This document shows, one piece after another, positions 8,524 through 17,306 of a stretch of DNA of 64,000 nucleotides. This DNA comes from Candidatus Poribacteria bacterium (GTDB taxonomy: Bacteria; Poribacteria; WGA-4E; WGA-3G): NCBI GenBank assembly GCA_003635195.1, contig PYIY01000004.1, positions 3,527 through 67,526 of the forward strand, in the 5' to 3' direction. Each line of letters begins with the position of its first letter. The first letter of the stretch is position 1. Below the pieces are notes generated by a model. It was not told the DNA's origin, made no database searches, and saw only the letters and a program-made list of their open reading frames with translations. The translations under genes and the position numbers were made by a program.

Positions 8524-9921
8524 ATGCAACTTAAACATCTCAGTCAATCAGAACTTGTAAAGAAGGTCGGAATTTGGGTAGTGTCAATCCTACTCCTATT
8601 TTTCGGGTTTTACACGAACTTATGGCATGTTGCTGAACAGCAATGGTTTGCGAATCATCAGAAAGACACCGAAGCGCATATCATGGGAAGAATGGTCAAA
8701 TCTCGACAAGATGGCATCTTCTCAGCGGGTGGTCTGAATGGTTGGGGTACAGCGAAAAGGACTGATGCGGAATGGATACCTTCAACAGCACTGGGTCCCC
8801 AATATACAGCTTATCTTTACAAGCTCTCTTTTGATAAATTCTCGCCGTATATGTCCCAACCTGGCGGGCAAGGGATGGTTTTTAGTCTATTGGATAGACT
8901 CATTCCCCTATCACCTCAAGTCAAATTATGGTCATTCTATGTGTTGACAGCACTCCTCTCGGCAATCGCATTGACGGCGATCATAGGTTGGTTTTATGAG
9001 GCGTTTGGTGGGTGGGTCGCGATATTCGTTATAGGTTCGGCTGTGCTTTCGCAATGGTTGACGGTCTTTGGTAAAAATCTTTGGTGGAGTCTATGGGCTT
9101 TTTACTTGCCGATGATTGCTGTCATGTACTTCCTTAAACGCTACAGAGAAACATTGGACCGACAACTCATCAGGTTTGGAATTGTTATCTTTATCGCAGT
9201 TTCTATTAAGTGTTTCATCAACGGCTATGAGTACATTACAACCACACTATTAATGATGATGGCACCGTTCGTGTATTATGTTATCCTCGATAAGTGGAAC
9301 CGCCAGCAATGCGTGAAATGGACGCTTGCAGCCGGACTCGGCTCAGGCGTAGCAATATTTTTCAGTTTCATCATGTTATGCTTCCAGATCGGTGCTGCGA
9401 AGGATGGGTTTATGGATGGGGTTGAGCATATCATCTGGTCTTTTGGAAAGCGCACGTATGGCGAGGCAGAAGATTTTCCACCGGTATATGCTGCCAGCCT
9501 TGAAGCCGGGACAATAGGGGTTGTCATTACCTATATGAACGGTATTTTCTTTGATCTCAACAACTATTTTTCTCAATCAAATTTATCAAAATTATTGGTC
9601 TTTAACTTCCTATTGAAAGTATTGAAAGTCCGCTATTATTATCTGATCGTTCTCTTTGTTGTGATGTCTGCGCTGCTGTTTTGGCGCAGCAATAAAGAGA
9701 TACTGGCGGAGCGACGACCGCACTATATTGCATTAATCTGGACAACATGGTTTTCAATGCTGGCACCGTTATCGTGGTTCGTTATCTTCAAGGCACACTC
9801 CTATATTCATACGCACATGAGTTTTCTTCTCTGGCAGATGCCTTTTACGCTCTTTGGCTTTGCCGTGTTCGGATCTGCCGTTATAGCGTGGACGAAAAAG
9901 ACTGCGTCAACGCAAGGTTAG
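8524..9921 (+). CDS. Polytopic membrane protein of unknown function
   Basis: 465 aa with about 10 hydrophobic segments; AGGAG RBS; no family recognised with certainty. Confidence 0.75.
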   Translation: MQLKHLSQSELVKKVGIWVVSILLLFFGFYTNLWHVAEQQWFANHQKDTEAHIMGRMVKSRQDGIFSAGGLNGWGTAKRTDAEWIPSTALGPQYTAYLYKLSFDKFSPYMSQPGGQGMVFSLLDRLIPLSPQVKLWSFYVLTALLSAIALTAIIGWFYEAFGGWVAIFVIGSAVLSQWLTVFGKNLWWSLWAFYLPMIAVMYFLKRYRETLDRQLIRFGIVIFIAVSIKCFINGYEYITTTLLMMMAPFVYYVILDKWNRQQCVKWTLAAGLGSGVAIFFSFIMLCFQIGAAKDGFMDGVEHIIWSFGKRTYGEAEDFPPVYAASLEAGTIGVVITYMNGIFFDLNNYFSQSNLSKLLVFNFLLKVLKVRYYYLIVLFVVMSALLFWRSNKEILAERRPHYIALIWTTWFSMLAPLSWFVIFKAHSYIHTHMSFLLWQMPFTLFGFAVFGSAVIAWTKKTASTQG

Positions 9922-10010
9922 GTTGCCTTAAAGAGAAAAAAGAGCATCTTATTTGAAAGGTAAAGAACTTAATGTAACGCTAATATGGTGTGTGAGGAGA
10001 TAAGTAAAGG

Positions 10011-12236
10011 ATGGCAAAACTTACATCGATTTTGGGAAGTGTGTTATTTTTCGTACATGCAACTTTTGGGCAAACAATCGGTCAGATTTCAGGAACTGTA
10101 ACTGATGAAGCAACTCAAGAACCACTTGCTGGTGTCAAAATTATTATCGTGGAAACCACGCTGGAAACAATGACCGGTAAGAATGGTTCTTACAAGCTAA
10201 TCGATGTTCCGCCTGGACAGTATGAAATCAAGACCAGTCGGATTGGATATGAATCAATATCTTTAATCACCACCGTTTCTCCCAATGAAGATACCAAACT
10301 CAATATTTCGCTAAAGGAATCAATTGTATCTTTACCCACAGTCGTTGTGTCATCCGAAAAGTTAGCTGAGAGAACTTCTGTTAGTGATATGGCACTGACA
10401 AAACGGATGTTGCAATCCAGACATGGTCTAATGGAAGATCCCTTACGCGTCATTCAGACAATGCCAGGGGTAACGACACCGGGCGATCTGTTTTCAGCTT
10501 CTCAAATTTACATTCGAGGAGGTGCCCCAGAGGAAAATCTTTTCTTGCTCGATTGGGTACGGGTTTACTGGCCCTGGTATTTTGGCGGGATAAAATCTAT
10601 TTATAACACAGATATTGTGGAAACCACTGAACTATTGACGGGCGGTTTTCCTGCGAAATATGGTAATGCCCTTTCGTCGGTATTGAGCATAACCACCCGC
10701 GAAGGGAATCGGGAACGAATTTCTGGAGCTTTTTCCTTCGGTTTTATAAACACGCAAGGGCGCATAGAGGGCCCCCTCACATCAAAGGCATCTTATCTCG
10801 TTACCGGTCGCCGCACCTACCTTGATCTAATACTCAAGGAAAGTGCTGAGTTTCCTGTTCCATCTTTCGCCGACTTTAACTTCAAGTTCAGTTACGAACC
10901 GGCCGCTGGACATCACATTGACGTGAATGGTTTTCTATCCAAGGAAAATGTTGACTTTATCGCTGCTGATCCGGACCCAGGTCTACCGGATAGGATCCTA
11001 ACAGATGGCAACTTAAACACCCAGAGTATTGAATGGAAGGCACTCTTCAACACTAATCTTTACTCGAGGTTGTCTTTACTTCGAGCGCAGCCGACGTACA
11101 GCGTGGGAGTTGGGAGAAACCTTAATTTTGAGATTGATGGATCAACGGTTGGCGTTCGAGAAGACTTGACCTGGGAACTTCATCCAAATCACGAGTTAAA
11201 GACCGGTTTTGAACTGATACAGACGACCTTTGAGACATCAGGGAACATCCCCTTGGACCCCTCGGAGATTGATCCAACAGATATCTCTGTCCAATTGACT
11301 TCCTACGATTTTTCACAAAACACATGGTCCGGTGGCGGCTATCTACAGGATTCATGGGAACTCCTTCCGGTGTTAACTTTAACTGGAGGAGGGCGATTTG
11401 ATTATTTTTCCCTCAACGAGAAGACGGACCTGTCTCCCAGGTTCTCCATACACTATAATCTGGCTTCAAAAACTGTTCTGCAGGCAGCTTGGGGGCATTA
11501 TTATCAATTTCCGAATTCGCAGGACATCACCAGAGAGCCTGAGCTTCACTCCCCACTGGCGATTCATTATATTGTCGGAATTAGCCGTAAATTTAATAAT
11601 GCATTTCACGGGTGGGTTGAGGTTTACCAGAAAGACTATCAAAATTTGGTCGTGGTCAATCCTCTGGAAGATTATTCAAACGATGGGCACGGATTTGCCA
11701 GAGGCGTTGAATTTTTCCTAGAAAAGAAAACCGGTTCACTTGTGGGTTGGCTGAGTTACGCCCTGTCGGTCGCAAAACGCAAGTGGTATTTAGACACACA
11801 AGAATATGATTTCGACTTTGATCAACGGCATCTTTTATCATTAACGCTTTCATACAATTTTCCCGAGTCTTACACGTCGAAGTGGTATATGCCCGCTGTT
11901 ATAGTATTAACATCTCGATATGCCAGTGGCCGTCCCTACACCCCTATTATTTCCGCCGAAAGGGATCTAAACGGTGGATGGGTGCCGGTCAGAGGAGAAA
12001 CCAACTCCCGTCGTTTTTCATCTTTCGAGAATCTCAATTTGAGAGTGGAATGGCAATTTTCGATGAGCCGTAAACTTCAAGGCACCTCCTTCATTGAGAT
12101 ATGGAATATGTCTAATCAAAGAAATGTCCTGGGATTCAGTTATCAATATAGCGTGGAATATCGCAATAATGTAAATGCTCACCCCTATTACACAACACCA
12201 TTCCTACTGGCAGGTGGTTTCGGTATTAAGTTTTAA
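10011..12236 (+). CDS. TonB-dependent receptor with N-terminal carboxypeptidase-regulatory-like domain
   Basis: Signal peptide, GQISGTVTD..TQEPL, plug motifs YIRGG.PEENLFLLD and GGFPAKYGNALSSVL, C-terminal Phe. Confidence 0.92.
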   Translation: MAKLTSILGSVLFFVHATFGQTIGQISGTVTDEATQEPLAGVKIIIVETTLETMTGKNGSYKLIDVPPGQYEIKTSRIGYESISLITTVSPNEDTKLNISLKESIVSLPTVVVSSEKLAERTSVSDMALTKRMLQSRHGLMEDPLRVIQTMPGVTTPGDLFSASQIYIRGGAPEENLFLLDWVRVYWPWYFGGIKSIYNTDIVETTELLTGGFPAKYGNALSSVLSITTREGNRERISGAFSFGFINTQGRIEGPLTSKASYLVTGRRTYLDLILKESAEFPVPSFADFNFKFSYEPAAGHHIDVNGFLSKENVDFIAADPDPGLPDRILTDGNLNTQSIEWKALFNTNLYSRLSLLRAQPTYSVGVGRNLNFEIDGSTVGVREDLTWELHPNHELKTGFELIQTTFETSGNIPLDPSEIDPTDISVQLTSYDFSQNTWSGGGYLQDSWELLPVLTLTGGGRFDYFSLNEKTDLSPRFSIHYNLASKTVLQAAWGHYYQFPNSQDITREPELHSPLAIHYIVGISRKFNNAFHGWVEVYQKDYQNLVVVNPLEDYSNDGHGFARGVEFFLEKKTGSLVGWLSYALSVAKRKWYLDTQEYDFDFDQRHLLSLTLSYNFPESYTSKWYMPAVIVLTSRYASGRPYTPIISAERDLNGGWVPVRGETNSRRFSSFENLNLRVEWQFSMSRKLQGTSFIEIWNMSNQRNVLGFSYQYSVEYRNNVNAHPYYTTPFLLAGGFGIKF

Positions 12237-12384
12237 TAGCATCAGAACTTACACAATGAAATAGATGGATTATCCTCAATCTCGCGTGCATCTTACATCG
12301 GATTTAGGATTCAAGATTCGGGATATCGTAATAATCCAAGTATCAACCGACGAAGGAAACAGAGAAAAGTAACATGGAGGGTGT

Positions 12385-14202
12385 ATGAACACTAATCAAT
12401 TGGACAGGTGGATTGGTAGAGACCGGTTGCGTCCTGACGAAATAGAGGGTAACCGCTTCTTAAAAGCGGCGAGTCTCTTCGCGGGGACAGCGATACAATA
12501 CGGGAGAGACAGATACAGCGGCAGAGATATGCCGCTCTTTGCCGATTGCCTCCATACAGAGCATTTGAAGGCACCCAGATCTATGACCTCCCACCGCACA
12601 GGTACCGAGCCGAAACCGGCGGTCTGGAGTTTCTTCCAAAATCAGCAGAATCTGATGCGATTACTCGCCTCTTTAAGCCAGTTCACTGGGGATAGCGAGT
12701 ATGTCTATGCCGCGGGAGAAGCCGCCGAATATATGTTCAACAACTACTGGTATCCAGAGAGTGGTGTTCTGCATTGGGGTGGGCACGGCTATGTGGACTT
12801 GGTCACTGGGAATAGATACGGCATGAAAGGCGTTGTCCACGAAATAGAGGACGTGTATCCGTACTGGGAGTTGCTGAGAGCCGTGGATCCCGACCGGGGC
12901 GAGATGCTGATGAAAGGGATTTGGGAAGCAAATATCAAGGATTGGGATGCCTTACATTACAACCGACACGGTGATTTCAAAAAGCAGGTCGATCATGCCA
13001 ATACTTGGAACAGACCTTGGAACGGATACAAAGCCCCCAAGATCAGTGGCGATCTTTCGTTTATCAGTGTAGCACTGGATCTGGCTTATGCCGCTTACAG
13101 TTTGAGCTACCAAAAACAGGAAGCAGCACCGCGGATGTGGGCGGAACGCCTTTTAAATCTGATTATAAAGCAGCGAGACCCAGAGACCGGCATCTGGCCG
13201 AATCTGGTGCATCCGCAAAGTGGCAAACGCGGGCTCAACGTATTCGGCAGACTATATCCGCAGGCGACTGAACCGAGGGTCTATGTGGGCAATCAGTTGA
13301 ACCACACGATTACGCAGATGATGGGTATGCTAACAATCGTAGAAAATGCCGAAAAATATGGGCGTATCGGCGAAATGGCACACATCAAAGCAGCGGTTGC
13401 ACAACACATCATCGGTTTCTTAGATGCCTCCTACGATCCGAAAAACAATACGCTGAAAAGCATCGTTATTGATGGGACCGATCTCACGGGTTTTCGGATA
13501 AAGGGACCTTTCAGAGATACGAAGTTATACTTTGGTGCGAAAGAAGGCGGGGCATTTCTGCCGCAAAACATCACACCGCTCTTCACCTCCGTTTGTGCGC
13601 GTGGGTATCGGGTTTCTGAAAGCAGAAGCGAGTTCAGGGACTACCTACGCACCCTATTTAAAGCCTTTGGGATCGGAGACATCGGTGCCGATAAGAACTC
13701 CCCACCCTCGTTAAATTTTGACACAACTGCCTTGGAACCCGCTTATATCTTCGCGCTGGTGGATCTGTATCGGGTAGAGCCGAAAGCAGAATTTCTGGCG
13801 ATGGCAGAACGGATAGGCGACAATTTGCTGCAAGGCAGACAAGATGCCGATAGCGGTCTTTTTACACTCGAAGATGATTTTATCCTCCACAGCAAGGTTA
13901 TGGATAAACCCGAACTACAAGAGGGACATGAAGGGAAAAGCGTGGCTGAACTTCTGCAGGACAGTCATCAAACCGCGAATCTCGATGCGATGGAGCCTCT
14001 GTCTTTGCTCAGTATCTACGCGGCACAAACCGGACAGTACAACATCATGCCCGAATGGACAGCGGGTGGACTCTACCTCAAGGTGAGCAGCGTCGGTCAT
14101 ATTGTGGGCAAAGAGATTCAACTGTGGTTTGACAAGCCAGCACTCAAGCAATTTTACAAGGACAATAACATCAACTGCACCTGGTCTATTGATGAAGACT
14201 GA
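12385..14202 (+). CDS. Polysaccharide lyase family 2 (PelW/exopolygalacturonate lyase-like), no signal peptide
   Basis: QQNLMRLLASLSQFTGD, SGVLHWGGH.YVDL, VHEI..VYPYWELL and NRHG match the recalled PL2 motif order. Confidence 0.75.
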   Translation: MNTNQLDRWIGRDRLRPDEIEGNRFLKAASLFAGTAIQYGRDRYSGRDMPLFADCLHTEHLKAPRSMTSHRTGTEPKPAVWSFFQNQQNLMRLLASLSQFTGDSEYVYAAGEAAEYMFNNYWYPESGVLHWGGHGYVDLVTGNRYGMKGVVHEIEDVYPYWELLRAVDPDRGEMLMKGIWEANIKDWDALHYNRHGDFKKQVDHANTWNRPWNGYKAPKISGDLSFISVALDLAYAAYSLSYQKQEAAPRMWAERLLNLIIKQRDPETGIWPNLVHPQSGKRGLNVFGRLYPQATEPRVYVGNQLNHTITQMMGMLTIVENAEKYGRIGEMAHIKAAVAQHIIGFLDASYDPKNNTLKSIVIDGTDLTGFRIKGPFRDTKLYFGAKEGGAFLPQNITPLFTSVCARGYRVSESRSEFRDYLRTLFKAFGIGDIGADKNSPPSLNFDTTALEPAYIFALVDLYRVEPKAEFLAMAERIGDNLLQGRQDADSGLFTLEDDFILHSKVMDKPELQEGHEGKSVAELLQDSHQTANLDAMEPLSLLSIYAAQTGQYNIMPEWTAGGLYLKVSSVGHIVGKEIQLWFDKPALKQFYKDNNINCTWSIDED

Positions 14203-14258
14203 ACCGGACAGGTTGTTGACGAAGCGGCACCATAAGTGTCAATTAATGAAAGTTATTT

Positions 14259-14669
14259 TCACTGTGAATAATCGTTCCGTTTCGCTGGATCATCCGTGAA
14301 GTATTCGACGAACTCCCATTCAAAACCGTCGGCATCAATGAAATAGATTCGTTTTCGGTAGGGATGCGGTCCAACTTTATACCCTTCTTTATATCCGGCA
14401 GCGAGCAAGCGTTCTCTGATACCCTGAGCATCATCAACAGCAAAGCCGAGGTGGTTTACATACCTCCCCTTACGGTCACCTGTGAAGGGCTGCTTGCGGT
14501 CTGACAAGGCGATGTAAAAATCGTCAGTTCCAAGATGACACCATTTCGTTCCGTTCGCGTTATTGCCACCGCCCCTGACTCGAAAATCTGGAAAGGCGGT
14601 TGTTAGAAAATCGATCGCTTTTTCAAGATCATTCACGGTCATGTTTGCGTGTTCAAGATAACGGCTCAT
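14259..14669 (-). CDS. VOC/glyoxalase family protein
   Basis: LEHANMTV.DL, NHLGFAVDD and RIYFIDADGFEWEFVEY motifs. Confidence 0.9.
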   Translation of the reverse strand: MSRYLEHANMTVNDLEKAIDFLTTAFPDFRVRGGGNNANGTKWCHLGTDDFYIALSDRKQPFTGDRKGRYVNHLGFAVDDAQGIRERLLAAGYKEGYKVGPHPYRKRIYFIDADGFEWEFVEYFTDDPAKRNDYSQ

Positions 14670-14868
14670 TTCTTAATCCTCCTAGAATGTGGTAGTTGTT
14701 GTAGCATAGGCTGTTAGTCTGTGGCACCGCGTCCACAACGAACAGTAGACAGTACAAAAACCCAGACCTCATATACCGACATATTTTTTCATTGACAACT
14801 TCGTTGTGGTTAACATATTATAGCACTAAGCGTTGACCTATTGCTACCGTCCGAAAGGAGTACCGAAA

Positions 14869-15672
14869 ATGGCGAAAGCCCTCTCACTCGTGGCATACGA
14901 CGATTTAGAAAGCCAAGTTGAAGCACTTGAAAGGGATGGGTATGTCTATTTCCCCGGTGTGCTTGATGCCGATGAGATCACTGAATTGCGGGCAATGATG
15001 GATCGATTAGAGGCAATCCCGGAGTCTCATGATCGGGACGAAACACTTGAGAATGGTGATGCTTTCCTCCATAAGCTTATCAGCAACTCGTTTAATCGCG
15101 ACCGGTTGTACCTCCAATATCTCGACAGATCACCGGTTATTGAAGTCGCCGAGGCAGCGCATGGCGAGGATTGCCATTGCATCGGTATGCATTCATGGCT
15201 AACAGGACCGGGACGGCCAGATCAGGGATTACACACGGATTGGCTGCCGATCTCTTTACCGGCAGATATTCGTTCCGATCCCCGCGTCAAAATCCCAGTC
15301 TTCATCACCACTGCCCATTACTATCTCAATGATATGTATGAAGCGTTGGGACCGACGAAATTTGTGCCGGGCAGCCATTTCTCAGGGTGCTCTCCAAACG
15401 GCACAACCGAGTGGAATAATCGGGGTGAAGAGAGTATCTTATGCAATGCGGGAGATGTGGTGCTTTTCCGCAGTGAAGTCTGGCATCGTGGCTCTGCCAA
15501 TACGAGTGACGAAGTCCGTTATCTTTTGCAGGTACACTATGCGCAGCGGATGATTACACAGAAATACCCGCCTTATCTGAATAAGTTTCAGTTTGACGAA
15601 TCCATCCTCGCGCAAGTGAACCCTCGACAGAGACGGCTCCTTGGCGACCACCGACCCAGTAATTATGATTGA
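14869..15672 (+). CDS. PhyH-family dioxygenase
   Basis: GLHTD..WHRG triad; AAGGAG RBS before ATG 14869; close paralog of 1-673. Confidence 0.9.
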   Translation: MAKALSLVAYDDLESQVEALERDGYVYFPGVLDADEITELRAMMDRLEAIPESHDRDETLENGDAFLHKLISNSFNRDRLYLQYLDRSPVIEVAEAAHGEDCHCIGMHSWLTGPGRPDQGLHTDWLPISLPADIRSDPRVKIPVFITTAHYYLNDMYEALGPTKFVPGSHFSGCSPNGTTEWNNRGEESILCNAGDVVLFRSEVWHRGSANTSDEVRYLLQVHYAQRMITQKYPPYLNKFQFDESILAQVNPRQRRLLGDHRPSNYD

Positions 15673-15741
15673 AAAGCACCTAATACATACCAATTCTGAT
15701 TGATGATTTCTCTTAAAAGGGTCTAAGGTTTTTGGGCACGC

Positions 15742-15912
15742 CCGGTTCGGTTAGGAAACCGAACCTACCGGTCTGGAGGTATGGTGCGGTTAGGAATGCA
15801 GATCGCATTTGGGGTGTTTTTGCTTGGGTATTTCTGCGTATTGCAAACGCTAAAATCCAATGCGAAGAAAGTGTTTCTTCACGTACGCCGCAAAACCGCA
15901 CTTACCGAGTCT
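15742..15912. repeat. Cluster of REP-like hairpins (GGTTCGGTTAGGAAACCGAACCTAC family), the second interrupted by an insert
   Basis: Same hairpin occurs at 8319-8348 and 21745-21774; GTAG foot on the minus strand. Confidence 0.75.
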
Positions 15913-15969
15913 GGGTAGACGGTGTGGTTAATACTGCGATATAAACTTTTAGAAACGATATAAGATGCC

Positions 15970-16797
15970 ATGAATACACAAGTTACGAGCGAGCAGATTG
16001 AATCTTACCGTGAAAATGGATTTCTGGTTATTGACGACTTCCTACGAGGTTCCGAGTTGTCGTTGTGGCAGGATGCTGTTGACGAGGCTGTCGCACAATT
16101 TATGAATCGTGATGATATGTATCACAATCAGAGCGGCGGAGACAGTTACTACAGGAACGTTTTCGTTCAATGCGTCAATTTGTGGAAGACGAGCGAGCAA
16201 ATTAAACAACTGATTCTCGCCCCAGAGTTGGGTAGGATGGCGGCGGATCTCGCTGGCACTTCGGGCGTGCGGTTGTATCACGACCACGCCATGTTTAAGC
16301 AGCCGTGGGCAAATCCGACGAACTTCCATGTGGATAATCCTTATGATCCGTTCTATTCACATCAGGCAATTATGTTCTGGATAGCACTCGATGATACAAC
16401 GGTTCAGAACGGGTGTTTGTATTTTCTGCCCGGCACACATAAGACGAGCGGCTTTGAGGTTGGTGGAAATCTCGGACAGGTCGGCATCGGTGAGTTGTTC
16501 CGCGAATATCCAGAGTGGGCAGAGATTGAACCGTATGCCGCTGAGATGAAAGCGGGAGCGGGTGTATTCATCAGCGGGATGGTCGCGCATGCGGCGGGAC
16601 CGAATATGACGACGCATCCTCGTCGTGCGTTTGCTATGCTCTTTATGCCGGAGGATGCGACATTCAATGGTAAGAAAAGCGCGTTGCCCGATGAAGTGGT
16701 CGCGAAATTGAAGACTGGCGACGTATTGGCGGACGATGAGCATTTACCATTGGTTTTTTCATATCGAAACGATAGCACACTGTCAAATCAGTTTTAA
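15970..16797 (+). CDS. PhyH-family dioxygenase
   Basis: YRENGFLVI, FHVD (HxD), WIALDD.TVQNGCLYFLPGTH and HAAGPN motifs. Confidence 0.92.
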   Translation: MNTQVTSEQIESYRENGFLVIDDFLRGSELSLWQDAVDEAVAQFMNRDDMYHNQSGGDSYYRNVFVQCVNLWKTSEQIKQLILAPELGRMAADLAGTSGVRLYHDHAMFKQPWANPTNFHVDNPYDPFYSHQAIMFWIALDDTTVQNGCLYFLPGTHKTSGFEVGGNLGQVGIGELFREYPEWAEIEPYAAEMKAGAGVFISGMVAHAAGPNMTTHPRRAFAMLFMPEDATFNGKKSALPDEVVAKLKTGDVLADDEHLPLVFSYRNDSTLSNQF

Positions 16798-16826
16798 ATC
16801 GAAAACCAAATATCAGGAGTTTTCTC

Positions 16827-17234
16827 ATGTTGCGCGCAAATGTGAATGGAAAAAACATCGGGCTGATTTTATCAATGGTATTATTTCTTATCGCTTGCGG
16901 TGGTGATGATGTCGATGTCGATTATCTTGGGGACTCCTATCCGCCTACTTCCTATGTGGATGTTTACTTTTCAGAAGATGGTATAACCCAAGACTATCTG
17001 GTGATAGGACATGCTACCGCAGACGGCGGTGACACAGAGGTGTTGCAAGAAACGTTAATAGAGAAGGCACGCGAGAGCGGTGCTGATGGCATCATATTTG
17101 AAGGATTCGATCGGGTAAAGACTGGAGAACAGACCATAGTCAATGACATAGGGGACGTAGAGATCGTCAACACCGACACCAAAAGCACATTACAGGTTAA
17201 AGCGATTTTTATCAAGTATAGCAAGAATCTATAA
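16827..17234 (+). CDS. Putative lipoprotein
   Basis: Lipobox LIAC after a hydrophobic stretch; LIEKARESGADGII motif. Confidence 0.7.
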   Translation: MLRANVNGKNIGLILSMVLFLIACGGDDVDVDYLGDSYPPTSYVDVYFSEDGITQDYLVIGHATADGGDTEVLQETLIEKARESGADGIIFEGFDRVKTGEQTIVNDIGDVEIVNTDTKSTLQVKAIFIKYSKNL

Positions 17235-17306
17235 GGCGTTGGGGACGACAGATGGCGTGCTTGCAGAATGCGCGCTAATCTAAGAGGTGTCATAATTTTC
17301 TAACTT

